A stretch of 64,000 bases of DNA from Lingula anatina (GCA_051362555.1 CM120640.1:61978788-62042787), one strand, 5' to 3'; counted from the first letter of the stretch, positions 13,625 through 31,280 are shown. The notes: generated by a model from the letters alone, not told the origin. Translations and numbers: made by a program.

Positions 13625-14426
13625 CGTGTAGTTGTTGAATAACCAGTGTTATTTATCTTTTATTTATAATGTTTATAAGACAATAGTAACTGAAGCCAAA
13701 TTGGTTAGTACAGCTGCATTGATATGTGCTTTTATAAATGTTATATTGTACAAGTTTTTGGATAAAATGCTGTTAATGTGTAAGACAAAGGATGTTTGTG
13801 ATTTTGAGGAGCAGGTTTGTAATTGCATTCACTATATTTAAGTCTTTAAATGAGGTGTCATGGCGCAATCATAAAAATACTTGTTATAGCTTCATTATAA
13901 AACTGCAAACCGCTGATCCTCTCACCTTTTTAGTTCAGCACATTCTGTATGTGCTGCAGGTTATCAAGAGTGCATTGGTCACGTATTAATAAGCAGTAGG
14001 AATTGCAAATTATACATATCAAATTTTAGATACTTTAGACTTTATTTTGTGAAAATGCTGGGGGTGCCCTGTAACAAAAGACAATTATTATGAGATATAA
14101 TAATAGAAAATGGGGCCTTCTATTTTGAACTTTCATTGGTTATAACACTAGTATATGAACTGGACATAGCAATCATTTATAATAAATCTTTAACATAAAC
14201 TGGTGTGGTAAGAATATATTTATTAATAATGGAACTATATTTCCCCCTGTGTAGAACATTACACAGCCAATACAAACTAAATAATTTATTTTGTATTTCC
14301 AAATGTTTTTATATGTTATATTGAAAAAAGTTTTCTTGTAAAACATTATTTTTATGTACAGACACAGATGTGTCTGTACATATAGCCATCATCTGCGTCT
14401 GTCGTCGCCGTCGCCGTGCACTTTTA

Positions 14427-15230
14427 CCGATAACACGATAAGTGGAAAACCATTTTACCTTTTGACTTGAAACTTGCAGAACTGATGAATATTCATAATA
14501 CGCAGGTCAACTTCGAAAATCAGCATGATCGGGTCACTTTTAGGGAATTTATGCTGTTTTTTCACTTTTTTCAGCATATATACAGCACCGATAACACGAT
14601 AAGTGGAAAACCATTTTACCTTTTGACTTGAAACTTGCAGAACTGATGAATATTCATAATACGCAGGTCAAGTTCGAAAATCAGCATGATCGGGTCACTT
14701 TTAGGGAATTTATGCTGTTTTTTCACTTTTTTCAGCATATATGCAGCACCGATAACACGATAAGTGGAAAACCATTTTACCTTTTGACTTGAAACTTACA
14801 GAACTGATGAATATTCATAATACGCAGGTGAAGTTCGAAAATCAGCATGATCGGGTCACTTTTAGGGAATTTATGCTGTTTTTACACTTTTTTCAGCATA
14901 TATGCAGCACCGATAACACAATAAGTGGAAAACCATTTTACCTTTTGACTTGAAACTTACAGAACTGATGAATATTCATAATACGCAGGTCAAGTTCGAA
15001 AATCAGCATGATTGGGCCATTTTTAGGGAATTTTTGCTGTTTTTTCACTATTTTCAATATAAATGCAACACTGATAACACAATATAAGAAAAACGGATTG
15101 GCCAATTGTAATTATACTCACAGGAGTGGTCAATCTTACTAAAACGCAGGTTGAGTTCGAAAATCAGCATAATCGGGCTATTATTTTAGAAGTTATACTG
15201 TTTTTTCACATTTCCTCACTTTCACATTTC
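14427..15230 (+). repeat. 161-bp tandem repeat, 4 near-identical units plus 1 diverged unit
   Basis: Units starting CCGATAACACGATAAGTGGAAAACC at 14427, 14588, 14749 and 14910; diverged unit at about 15071. Confidence 0.92.
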
Positions 15231-15255
15231 AGAACAGTGCTGTCTTGTTTACATT

Positions 15256-16730
15256 TTGGCATTTTCAAGATGTGACTTTGAAGTTCCATGGGCCTGAAGA
15301 CCTTTGCTAGTCACATTTTCTGAATATCTGTGATACAAATATTTTATAATTAAAAATTGATGGTCATTAAGCTGTTAAACATTATGTAATATTGCATCAA
15401 AATTTGAAGAAACCCCTATTTTGAGCACTGCTCCCATGATGACCATTTAAGGAAAGTCATGTCACTTACTGTTCTCAAACTTACAGGAAAGAAACATGGG
15501 ACTAAAATACAGCTTCAGTAGGCAATGCAGTCTGTTTGGTAAATTTTTCTGGTAGTTAAGCAGTTTTTTTGTGAAAATTTAATTTTTCACATATTGGCAT
15601 TTTCAATGTATGACTTTGAAGTTCCATGATCCTGAAGACCTTTGCTTGTCACATTTTCTGAATATGCGTTATACTAATATTTTATAATTAAAAATTGATG
15701 GTCATTATGCTGTTAAACATGTAATGTTACATCAAAATTTGAAGAAACCCCTGTTTTGGGCACTGCTCCCATGATGACCATTTAAGGAAAATCATGTCAC
15801 TTACTGTTCTCAAACTTACAGGAAAGAAACATGGGTCTAAAATACAGCTTCAGTAGGCAATGCAGTCTGTTTGGTAAATTTTTCTGGCAATTAAACAGTT
15901 TTTTGTGAAAATGTAATTTTTCACATATTGGCATTTCCAAGGTGTGACTTAGAACCTCCACGGGCTTGAAGACCCATGCTAGTCACATTTTCTGAAAATT
16001 CATGACACTTATATTTTATTATTAAAAATCGATGGTCATTATGCCGTTAAGCATTATGTAATGTTGCATCAAAATAGAAGAAAACACAATTTTGGGTGCT
16101 GCTGCCTTGATGACCATTATGGGAAAACTGTGTTACTTATGACTGTCAAACTTTTAAAAAAGAAACACAGGACTAAAATGCAGCCTGAGTTGGAAAAGCA
16201 GTCTAATTGGCTTCTTTTTCTGGAAGCTATACATTTTAGTGTAATATTCATTATCTTTTTGGCATATTCATTGTGGGACTCAGAGCTCCCATGGACATGA
16301 AGCCGAATGGTAATCATATTTTCTACATGTCCATCCTATTTATAGTCAATAAACAAAAATTGGTGATAATTATTCTCTAATTTATTATGTAATGTTACAT
16401 CAAAATTGACAACAATCTTTTTGCACTGCTACTGCAAACATTATGAAAAGAAAACTGTGCTACTTATTATCATTTTTAACTTACAAGTACGATTTTTAGG
16501 ATTGGCCTTCAGCTCATATGAGAAAACCAGCTCTTTTGGATTATCATTTTTATTGAATTTATGCATTTTTTGTGAAATTTTCATTTTTCTCATTCTGGCA
16601 CTTTCTAAGTATAAACTTGAAGTCCGATGGGCCTGAAGCCTTATGCTTTTAATTTCGTCTGTGTTACCTGTTGTGCATAAGTTGATGTTGACTGTGCAGT
16701 TAAACATAATGTATTATTGCATCAGGATTG
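15256..16730 (+). repeat. About 335-bp tandem repeat, 4-5 progressively diverged units
   Basis: Motif TGGCATTTTCAAG..GTGACTTTGAAGTTCCATG recurs near 15256, 15594, 15928, 16259 and 16596. Confidence 0.8.
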
Positions 16731-17019
16731 GTAGTCTCCTATTTTAGGCATTATGGTTTTGTGCTTTTCTTAAAGTGTGACTTATGGGCCTAAAGACCTT
16801 TGAGTGGGTCAGTCTGTAAATTACCCTTGGGTATCACTAGATTAATTTCAGAGTTATAAAGGCATTTGCCTTAATAGGCCAATAAATGAGATTACATAAA
16901 GCACACTTGTTGATATTTCCCTGTAAACTCCCAAAGGTAAAGCTCTCTGCTAGATTAATAATAAGGAAGCAGTGATAATTATGCAGGTAAATTTTGTTTA
17001 ATATTGCAAACAAGTTTTA

Positions 17020-17023
<4 letters not shown>

Positions 17024-17077
<54 letters not shown>
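17024..17077. repeat. (TA)n microsatellite
   Basis: Pure TA run. Confidence 0.95.
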
Positions 17078-17079
<2 letters not shown>

Positions 17080-17124
17080 AACTGGAAGATTAAAAGTTTG
17101 AATAGCATCTTCATTGGAATTATA

Positions 17125-17362
17125 TTTACCTCAAGCTCTGCCAAGGAGGTCATATTTTCACCCCCGTTTGTCTGTCATCCACATAACACAAAAAGTTATG
17201 GACTGATTTTGCAGAAATTTTCAGGAACTGTCGGAAGTGGGCCAAAGAGGACAATGATTAATTTTTGGTGGTGGTCTGGAACAATAATCAATCAATTATC
17301 AATAATAATCAACAATTGCTGCCTTGGCAGAGGTCTGCACTCTCAAAGTGCTTTTCTAGCTT
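17125..17362 (+). mobile_element. Short HINE-like element of a second family, nested in HINE copy 1
   Basis: CTCTGCCAAGGAGG at the 5' end, GTTTGTCTGTC microsatellite, 3' CCTTGGCAGAGG followed by GCACT..AGTGC palindrome and TTCTAG. A reverse-strand relative lies at about 49051-49250. Confidence 0.65.
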
Positions 17363-18698
17363 TGTTATGTTTTCCTTTATAATTTTTTCTCAAACACTTG
17401 CATTTGTGACTTTTAACTCTCATCTGCCTGGGGCTCTGCACATTTTCTGTATTTCCACATAAGCAGTTGTATTGTTTTTTATGTCTTTAAACATTATGTA
17501 ATATTATTTTATGCACTGTCATCATTTTTCAAATATTGAGAGTTTCATAATGTGAATTTGAACTCTCATGGTCCTGAAACTGTAATTTTATTGAAGGGGT
17601 GGACCATCTTCTGGGTCTTCCTGAAGACAGTCAGGTTATTAAGTTTATATTGACTGGTATCTATTTTTTTCTGTTGGAAGACCATCAAAATGGAGGATGG
17701 ATCAACATGGATACTTTGTAATACTGTCAGAAAATATCTCTGGGTCCGCTCCTGTTATTGACCATGTTACCTGTTGTGCAAGATTAAAATTCAGTGTTGA
17801 CTGACAGTGCTATTATAAGCATTATTTACTATTGCATCAAAATTGACAAAATGACCTTTTTTGCATCTTTATTTTCTGTTTTTTGTCTGTACATTTGACA
17901 GCTTTGCTGCCTTGTTTATTATAATTTTTTGATGTTGTTGAAAATTAAGAGACCAAGATAATGAACTGGCAAATATCAATTTCATGTTGATATATTTTCT
18001 CCTCCAATCCCCACCACCTCAAGCTGATTTGCGTTTCTTTGAATTATTGAAGGTACTTATTACCCATGTCTTTATTTCATTTATTGTTTTAATAATGTGC
18101 AGTTGGAACAATGAATTGTATACATTTTCATTTCCTTACAGAGACCTTGCTGAAAAACAATAAAAAGATTGAAGCTCATAGTCTGAAAGTAACTGTAACA
18201 TTTTACATCAATACAATACTGATATGAGCACTTTAGACTTTATAGAAGTTTAACAACTTTACTGCCAGGGACATGATTATTGGGAGGGGTGTCCCTCTGG
18301 CATTAAGGTATCTTGATCTGAATTGATTGAAACTCTGGTTTGATTGGAACCCTGCATAATGTCATTATTCAAAAACTCTTGAATTTTAATCACAATCAAC
18401 TGATAGTTGCTTGTCTTTTGTATCTCTAGACATCCATATGATATTTAAGAGTTTATTTTATTCAAGAAACCCTTGTATTGCCTTTTGAAATTTTGAATAC
18501 TTAAACAGCAAAAACAAAACATTCACTTGAAGACATGGTTACATGTTCTTAGTGCAAACTGAATTACTTGGAATGCACAGACATAATATTTCTGAAACCA
18601 TTATGCCCAGGAATGCCATAAGTTGAATAATTTTACACATATTGTCCTGAGCATTGAAGTGAAGAAGACTCCAATATTACTAGTTCTATACCAGAACA

Positions 18699-22664
<3,966 letters not shown>

Positions 22665-23442
22665 GGTTCTGTATCTGAATGTGAAAGTAATTAACATTTA
22701 ATTGAGCTTTATGTTATTGCAAGGTGAGGTTCAAATTTAAGCTTTGGTACAGTATGTTGATTAACTTTAATTTCAACGTTGACTCTGTTTACATATGATA
22801 ATTGTGGGTTTGACAAGTTATAGATTAATGTAAACTTACCGACAATGAAGCTGATGAGCATGCCTCCACAGAGCAACTGCAAGTTATATCCTATCAATCT
22901 GTTAAGAAATATTGTCTGAGACTGCAAACGTCAGTAGGCAAACTTCTGAGACTGGAGTAGTATTTCGTGTTACTGGAAATTTTGTTGAACCACAGCTCAT
23001 ATAGGTACGAAATGGGATGATTAAATGCCTCTGGTACTATGTCCAACACTTCAGAATTGTACAAATTAAAACATAATTAGTGCTTGTCTTTTGCCTCAAC
23101 GGAAGTCGCTCTTTTTTAACAGAGATTCTAAAGACATTCAACATGGCAGCGCCCACATGCACAACGCTGCCAGGCGGTGGAAACGCGCTACTTATATGAT
23201 TAAGACGAGCCTAGCCGTCAGTACCGGATATTGTTTTGTGACCTTGAGGAGCAATTAGGTTTGGTCTTTGCGGCATGCATGAACAGTAGTCGAACTACCA
23301 CACCTGGGTCTTTTGTTTTGACAACTATTCACTCGTCATCGAGGCGCTTGTTCAAGACTACAGGCTGATATCTACTAGTACTACCAGTGGCTTCATTAGT
23401 AACGTTCCCACAATACTTAGTTTTCTGTCTGTGCGTACATAC

Positions 23443-23607
23443 CCTGAAAACAGCCAGCCTCGCTGACGAGAACAATGGACGTTTCTCACCCCTCTCTAGG
23501 ATTACCCCTGACGCTGCCATGATCATCGCTATGATTACCCCTGGCACGATTTAAGCAGGATTACCTCTGAAACGAACACCATCTGAAATCTGAAACCATC
23601 TGGCACG
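23443..23607. promoter_or_regulatory. Probable bidirectional promoter / 5' ends of CCDC28 and MRM1
   Basis: Head-to-head genes; CpG-richer patch; minus-strand donor CAGG|GTATGT at 23443/23442 and CATGGCAGCG motif about 90 bp upstream of the MRM1 ATG. Inferred. Confidence 0.5.
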
Positions 23608-26600
23608 ATGATCAATGCGCGTAGAATAACATTTGGTTTTCCTCCTGTCTCCTTATGTTTATCACGTGTATTTGCAAATTCCTCCTTGAAAATTTTCGTG
23701 CAAAGTGATAATAATACTCCTATCTTTGTAAGAAGAAGGAATGTGCGGTTGCAAAAGAGAAATTGTTCAAAATATGGCAGACACGACATAAAAGAATTGC
23801 CTAGAAGAAAATTTAACATTGACAGAAAAGGACTGGGGCAAGTGTCAAGACCTGATTTTTTTAGGAATGATCACCAGTATGACATGAATCCAGTTCATTA
23901 TAACACAGATATGAGGAAAAGAAAACAAGATATACCTGTAATAAGATCTCCTCTCAAGCCTTGGCATGAGGGAGATCCAGATGAAACCAGTGATAAGAAG
24001 GTTGAAAACGAGGTTACAGGGGTACTTATTATTATTGTTATTATTTTTTTTTTTTTTTATTTTTTTTTTTTTATAATTGTAAATATTTTGATAACACTAA
24101 AATGTGCAATACAGTGCAATACACTAGAGAAAACGATCCTGGATGTGAACAGTAAATGGTCTTTCGCAAGAAAATATAGAATGACATAAAAGCGATATAT
24201 ATTACTAAGTAAATGAAGGTAATTAATAATGTGACCCAACTTTATAAATTGGTAATATAGCTCTTCTTAGCATGTATTGCGCATTTTAGTAGGACCCTTA
24301 ATATTTTGCCTTCAAAACACTTCTATGTTATTGGTATTAGCCTGAGTCTTCTGTCTCTAGCACTCTTAGCCTTACTTTCTGTATTTATTGAGTGTGCTGG
24401 TGAAAACCCTTGCATAAGATTGAAAATTGTGGTATGTGTACCTTAAAGGGATGACACCTCTTCATTTTGGTAGGAATAATGCCATAATATGGATTTCCCT
24501 GAGGTAAATGACCATTATCCCATACTTTCCCATGGTTAATGAATACTTTCCCACATTCAAAGTTAGTTCATTTTTTTGTAAGCTTTTTAAGTGTGTATTT
24601 TGTCATAATCTCTTAATGGATTATCTATTGAGAGATTTTTACAGAAGATACTAGTACTAGTAGCTATTTATAAAAGTCTACGTGCTCTGATGACAAGCAC
24701 AGATTTTAGAATTATTGGGATAACCACCATTTTGGTGAAAAATGGAATTTATTTTATTTTTATGTGTTGTGTACAATGTATTTATTGTGGAATTTTGAAT
24801 CTCATATGAAGAGTTGTTATCCCTCTACTGTAAATTTCTTAACAATGGCAGAGTTGATGGATGCCATTATTTGGGAGGGCTGATAAAAAGCAGGGGCGGA
24901 TCCAGAGATATTTTCTGACAGTCTTCCATATTATATTTGTTGGTCCATCCTCCAAATTTATCTCTATCAAGGGGCATTGTTGGTTTGTTGTCATTGTGCA
25001 ACTAATACAGTTTTGAGACAAAGGCACCATTCAGACTAGTCCAAGGGTCAAATATGGCAACCCACTACAAAGCTTGCCATCTAATCTGCTCATAGACACT
25101 GAATAGATATCCTGTGGAGAAATATTCAAGTGGGTCGACCATATTTGACCCTCAGACTAGTTATTCCACTGTTCTGAATTTGGCCAGAGGGATAAAATTG
25201 AGAGCTGTTGCAGCAATAATATTAAAATAGTTTTCATCTTATTTTCCAAGGTCAAGCATGTTTGTAAAATAAAAAGATGTAGATAGGAATGGCTGATTAT
25301 TTTGACATCCAGGTGATAAGTCCAAATAATCTAACTTTAGGGCACCAATTTATCTTTTTACATAGATGTTATGCAGAATACCATGAGAATATGAGTATAT
25401 ACTGTATAGAAAAAGTGTCACTCACATTTCACAGCACACTTGAACTTCTTCTCACCTTTGTTCATGCAACTATCGTATTGTCACCTGTTACAATGATGAA
25501 AAGCCAATTACTAGTACCTTTAATTAGTTATAAGCTGGAGAAAAGTTTTGAGTAGATTTATCCATTCGTTTTTATAAAATGAATTAGTATTAATGTGACC
25601 CCGCCAAGACTTAATTCCTTTGTGATATGATTCCTCTGTGCTCAGTGCTGATAAAGTGTAAAATGGAGAACTTGAGACAGAAAATTCAGAATACTGTATT
25701 ATGTTTAAATCATCTACTAGTAGTAGGATAAATCTCCTTTCAGTCATAACATTCATTCCAAGTCAGTTATCTGTAATTGATTGGATCAGTTAATTTTAAT
25801 GAAAAGAAGATGATAACTTTTTAAAAATCTTTCTTTTCTACATGTATAAATAGATTAACTTGCATTACTTAATATGTCATTCCAAATGGCACCAATTCTA
25901 GGGTCCTTGCTACCTTAGAATTTGAGCCATGTTACATTTATCTACATTATTGCAAATTCTCTTCAGAAAATTTTATCAGGCTTATTGAAATTACAGGCTG
26001 TAACACATTCATTTGAAAGACAAAATGCGAGGGGTAGGTGGAGACCAGGAGTACATGAACAAAAAAACAACAGCAGACCTAGATTTATAAGCAAGAGGCA
26101 AATTAAAAACCTCAATGTCTTTGACATGCCAGAAAAAGCTAAATCTGAAATAATTTCAAGGTATGGGTATCTTCATGATTGTCATACTAATTGCAAGAAG
26201 GCCAAAATCAGCTTGAAAATAAGCCTTCAAAAGCCAGTTTATCTTCTTAGCAGATAATATTTGGTATGAAGCTCTTTTTATGGAACAACAGACAAAGTGT
26301 ATTCTTCTAAATATATATTGGTTTACATACTTTAATCACTTTTGGATACAGTAAATTTTTATTTGAAAACATCCCAAAAGCCTATTTAGGCAGGTGACCT
26401 TCATTAGCATGCATGTTTTTTTTTTTTTTTTTTTTTTACCAAACTGAATTTGTAAAACCATTGTTGACGATTGTCAAAAGCTGGCCAAAGTAAGACAGTG
26501 TTTTCTTTAGGTGTATACATATTGACAATTTAAAAAATACCACCAAGCAATGTTATATCACCTGCCTGAAAAAGATGTTTAAGTCATTATCAACAGCTAT

Positions 26601-29600
26601 GAAATTTATTTCCAGGACAATATCACCAAAGATAAGAGGCACCTGTCTGTTTGGATTATATCCTGTTTTACTGGCTTTGCAGCAAGGAAGAAGGTAGGTT
26701 AATACCTTAGTATCAGTTGTGTTATACCTACATTTGTACCAGAGGGACATGGTCTTTGTTGGTGAATAGTTAAATTATATGCCTTTTTTGATTTGACACA
26801 TATACATGTACCTCACTGTACTAGTAGCTTAGAAGTGAAAGAACCAGCATTACTTTTGGTGTGCTTTAATTAAATAGAATTATATACAAGTATAAAATTG
26901 ATTTGTTTTAAACACAAGATTTTTGTGTCATTTAACATGATATTTTATCCAGGAAACTTTTCCACAAGTTCTATATGAAGGATGACCTGATTGACTCTGA
27001 CAGGGAAATTATTAAACAGCTATTAGAGGCTGCTGCAATGAGGAACTTAACCATTGTTCCAACTAGCAACGGAATACTAGATGTCTTGTCTAACTTTAGA
27101 CCACACCAGGTGAAGAGCATATGCTATTTTGGTGTATTTGATTTGTATATTTTCCTTCCCCTTTTCCTGTCCTGTGAATTAAGCGTAAAGTAAAAGAAAT
27201 AAACAGCTGAAAGATAGAGGTTAATGTATACAGAGGGAAAGTTTTAAAACACATGGAATAATTTTCAAAATAATGAAGTGTATACATTACACTACTACAT
27301 TTATTAATGCATGCTCATCGAATAATGCTCATGTTTTGCAATTTGTCAAGTAGGTTCTTTTGATATTTGAATTTTTCTGCAGAATTGCACCAAACTTTAT
27401 TTACTTTTGAAGTGAATTTATCATACAGCTGTTGGTGGCAGATTCCTTTGTAATTGGCATTTTTTATTCACAGGGTGTATGTCTAGATTGTGATATGCTG
27501 CTCTTTGAGCCACTGGATTTTGCACAGCTAAGGTGTGTGTGCATATGGGAAATTTTGCCTCAGTATTTGCAAGTTCTCCAAGTCACTGCTCAGTTATATA
27601 TATATATATAAGAAAGTCATTTAAACAGGAGACCAAATATAATGAGTTATTCTTTATCATGAAATTATCAAATTTATCTGATAGTCTTTAGTTTTATTTC
27701 AACTTTAAAATGAGCATTTTTAGACAGAAATTTAAGCATTGATATTTTACAATTAAGTTGATTAACAGTAGCATGAGCAGTGTTCTTTTATTTTTTAAAA
27801 GTCTGGTATTTGCAACTTTTTAATACCTTTAGACAGCAAGAATTTACTCATCATCAAGTCTGGCTGTTACTGAATCAAATTGTGGTATGTTGTTTTCAAG
27901 CATGAGGTTTGAGAGTTGGAACTTTCATATTTTCTAATAAATGGAGAGCAGATAAGTCAGAGGGTAGAGAGAAAATGGTAATTAAAATATTAGTTGACAA
28001 ATTTACAGGATTTAAAATATTTAGACTATATCAGTTTTGAATTAGATAAAAAAAAGTCTGGATAAAATTATTTTATGGAGTTTTTATTATAGTAATATTC
28101 ACATCTCAGTTAACTCATAAATGGCACACATTGTATTTTACTTCTTTTCAAAGGATACCATGAATATGGGAGGAATCATAAGAACAGCATACTATCTTGG
28201 GATTGACAAAATCTTGTCTTCACAGTTTGGGTTAGTTATATTTTTGTTGCTACACTTTTTGAAGAAAAGATAATTGTGTAGATCTTTGATTTTCCCATCA
28301 AATGTACAAAGTACAGTGTGTAGGGTTTATTGCAAGAAAAGTGTAAATGCTGTTGTGCAAATTTGCAACTGAAGGGATGCATATTTTTAAAAATCTGTTT
28401 ATTATTTTTTATATCATTTATCGCAAGCATCCATTTACACTGGTATGGTTGGTACAGTTGGTAATAACTAATGTCCTTTTTTCCATGAGATATTTAATTG
28501 TTAGTCATATTTTCAGTTGTAAATTGACACCCACAGCAAGTAAAACAAGTGCAGGAACTTTGGAAATTACACCTGTGTATGGGGTAGAGGATGTACCAGT
28601 TTTCCTAAACGTAAGTTTGGTCATGGAGACCCACAGTGGGTCTATTTATAACTTTAATTGTATCCATTTTATGACATAGGGGTTATGGTGACCATCCATC
28701 GAAGTTTTCTATATACCCTGTGCAAACTTCTATCCCCTTCATACTATTTGTATTTTTCTTTACTAGAAATTAGTTATCAGAAGGTTTTTATGTAAAGAAA
28801 AATAGTAACTTAGTGACTGAAAGAGAAGTTAAATCCAACTGGTGACATAAATCCCTGGTAGTTACATATAATTGACAAATTTATTATTAAAACCACAGTT
28901 TGTGACACAACCAACTTCTACTTGATTTGATAATTTTGTTTATATACAGATAAAATATCAGTTGTAATTCTGTTTAAACACATTTAGTAAAAATGACTCA
29001 TACTTTTTATACTCACAGGAGGCCAGAGATGCTAACTGGGCAGTGATAGGGACTTGTACTACTGGTATTGGTCAAGTTGAGGAACAGCTTGTGTCTGACC
29101 AGCAGCATATGCCTCTACATGAATTTACCCTTGATAAAAATACTGTTATTATCATGGGTAATTTTAATGGATTAACTTTATAATTGTTTTCTAGTTAAAC
29201 TTATGTTATACTATATTGAAAATACTTGTGATGAGCATAAAAAAGAAGCTGAAGCAAAAATTACCTCTGTAATGAATTGTTAAACTTCTTTAGGTACATA
29301 GCTAGAATGTGGCATTAATTTCTGTGTGATATGTTATAATATTTGCAATATAACTAGATAATTTGTAATTTTAAACCATTTGTTAAAAAGAAGATATATA
29401 CATTTTAGGTAATGAGGCCAAAGGCTTACCTGAAGATGTTGAAAAACTTTGTACCACAATTCTCAGTGTTCCACCAGGCAAAGAGCTAAATCCATTGGTT
29501 GATTCTCTTAATGTTTCAGTGGTTACAGGTAATTTCTTCCTGATTTCTTGAAGAATTTATTTTTTTATATTTAATCATTAAATTTTCATATTTATGACAT

Positions 29601-29997
29601 TTTAAAACTTTCAATAGAGAAAGCGATTTTAGTATACATTTAAGTAAGTAAACATGCTTAGGTACATGTTTTTATAATTGCTCTAGTTAGAAAGTTAAAA
29701 GGGATGCAGTTATCAGCATATGTTTCTTATTTAGAAACTGTAATGAAAGAATTACAAGTTTGCACCACATCAACCAGGATGTGAATTTTGTCAAGGCTTT
29801 AATTGCTCTTTTCCATTGGACATGTTACAAATCAAATTTGTTAATAGTCTATGGCATTTTTTTTAAATTGTGGCATCAGAACATATTTATTGAATAATGA
29901 GGTATTTTGGCACGTTCATATATAATCTCAAAAAAATATTTTTCTTATAGGAATAATCCTCTACACCATTATGCAGTCAAGGTTGAAAATGGCCTGA
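23608..29997 (+). CDS. MRM1: Mitochondrial rRNA methyltransferase 1 (SpoU/TrmH family)
   Basis: Exons 23608-24012 (or 24021), 25967-26160, 26616-26693, 26953-27109, 27474-27532, 27833-27884, 28154-28230, 28517-28610, 29019-29157, 29409-29528, 29951-29997. Motifs LFGLYPVLLALQQGRR, RPHQGVCLD, DTMNMGGIIRTAYYLG, KTSAG, MGNEAKGL, DSLNVSVVTG; Arg-rich, acid-poor N-terminus like a mitochondrial presequence. Confidence 0.9.
24470..24620. repeat. Old dispersed repeat, related to about 31930-32070 in opposite orientation
   Basis: Shared CCCATACT..ATGGTTAATGA..ACATTCAAAGTTAGT core. Confidence 0.5.
25036..25160. mobile_element. Small MITE (about 125 bp) in MRM1 intron 1
   Basis: About 31-bp imperfect TIRs CTAGTC..AGGGTCAAATATGG..ACCCACT. 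Confidence 0.65.
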
Positions 29998-30139
29998 TAA
30001 GAAGTGTGAGGGATTAAGCTTTACTATCAGAAATGGCATCAGCATTTTAATCTTTCTTTAAGGGATCGTGATACTGAAAGCTCCTTTCCAATTTACACAG
30101 CAGTGATTTCAAAATGAAAATTATTGACTGCTGAATTAA

Positions 30140-30396
30140 GGCTTCGTTCACATGCAATGTCTATTTTCTATTTTCTATTTTCTATTTTCGGTATGTCTTA
30201 TGATCACAGTCTGTGCACTGAATATCCCGCGGCGTAATTACTGGCAGCGCGAGCCAGTTACTATAAGTTACTATAAGTAACTGGCTCGCGCTGCCAGTAA
30301 TTACGCGGCGGGATATTCAGTGCACAGACCGTGATCATAAGATAGCGCGAATAGAAAATAGAATTTAGAAAATAGACATTGCATGTGAACGAAGCC
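30140..30396. mobile_element. Harbinger/Tourist-like foldback MITE downstream of the MRM1 stop
   Basis: TIR GGCTTCGTTCACATGCAATGTCTATTTTCTA, near-perfect palindrome along its length, TAA TSD. Confidence 0.9.
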
Positions 30397-30473
30397 TAAG
30401 TCTTTATTTTCAATGAGTCATACCTCGTAAATGCAGTTAACTTGCAGTTACCAAAAATAGACTTATAAATATA

Positions 30474-30641
30474 CAGGCCCGTAGCCAGGGGGGGTTCGGG
30501 GGGTTCGAAAGAACCGCCCCTTTTGCTGAGAAAAGGTCCACTCTGGGTAAAATTTGATCTAGGTACATGACGTTTTTATGGGAAAAGGTCCACTTTTTCA
30601 GAAAAAGAACCCCCCTTTTGAAACTGCTGGCTACGGGCCTG
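30474..30641. mobile_element. 168-bp MITE with CAGG termini and 5-bp TSD (hAT5-like)
   Basis: TIR CAGGCCCGTAGCCAG / CTGGCTACGGGCCTG, TSD ATATA. Decayed relative at about 59164-59331. Confidence 0.85.
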
Positions 30642-30848
30642 ATATATCACCACATAATTCAAACAACTGTGCTTGTGAAGTGATCAATAAATATTTGATT
30701 TAGAAAGCTTTTGATTGGGTGTCACAAGACATATATTTACGTTTTACAGGTGTAATTAAGACAGGACATAATAATTTGATATTTCAGAGTCTCATTTAGT
30801 TCCACTATATCAGTTGTTGCATTTCCTCTGCTCTGATATTTAAAATTG

Positions 30849-31280
30849 TTATACATAAATGAAATAGTCAACAAGGATCATAGTGCTAAATAAGGCATAG
30901 CCCAAGAGCCCAATATAAACAATGTTTTGCCATTCTTGCGTCAACGCCCAGTCCTGTGCTTGCTTCGGCAGGACAACGCCCGTGCCCATACAGCCAAGAT
31001 ACATGTAGCACAGGCGTGTTTGCAGCATTAGCTCGCACATCCATTCTCTTCAGTGGTCAGCGTTTAGACCAAACATGTCTCACATTGAGAATGCCTAGGA
31101 CGAACTGGGCAGACGACTTCATAACCGCCAGCCACAGTCTTCCTTCGTCATAGAGTTGAGAGCTGCACTGGTGGAAGAAAAGAGAATGCCCCAGGTCCGC
31201 ATTCGAGGTCTTGTACAGTCCGTGCATGAGAAGTAGGTTACTGGCCTGTATTGCAGCCAGGGGAAGCCGCACACATTACT
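30849..31280 (-). pseudogene. Possible decayed coding fragment of a membrane protein, unidentified
   Basis: GC-richer island with two consecutive minus-strand ORFs in different frames; the second ends in a hydrophobic stretch (IVYIGLLGYALFSTMILVDYFIYV). No family recognised. Confidence 0.25.

Larger units (their letters stand above)
14354..17916 (+). mobile_element. Helentron-associated (HINE/DINE-1-like) element with internal tandem arrays, copy 1
   Basis: T-run flank, 5' hairpin ATGTACAGACAC-AGAT-GTGTCTGTACAT, (GTCGCC)n microsatellite, central tandem repeats, 3' subterminal TGTCTGTACAT followed by short palindrome GACAGC-TTT-GCTGCC. Same ends at 50394-52046. Confidence 0.8.

Noticed and set aside
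14427-15230. Regular repeats resembling a CRISPR array
   Set aside because: Whole 161-bp units repeat with no unique spacers; eukaryotic context and no cas genes.
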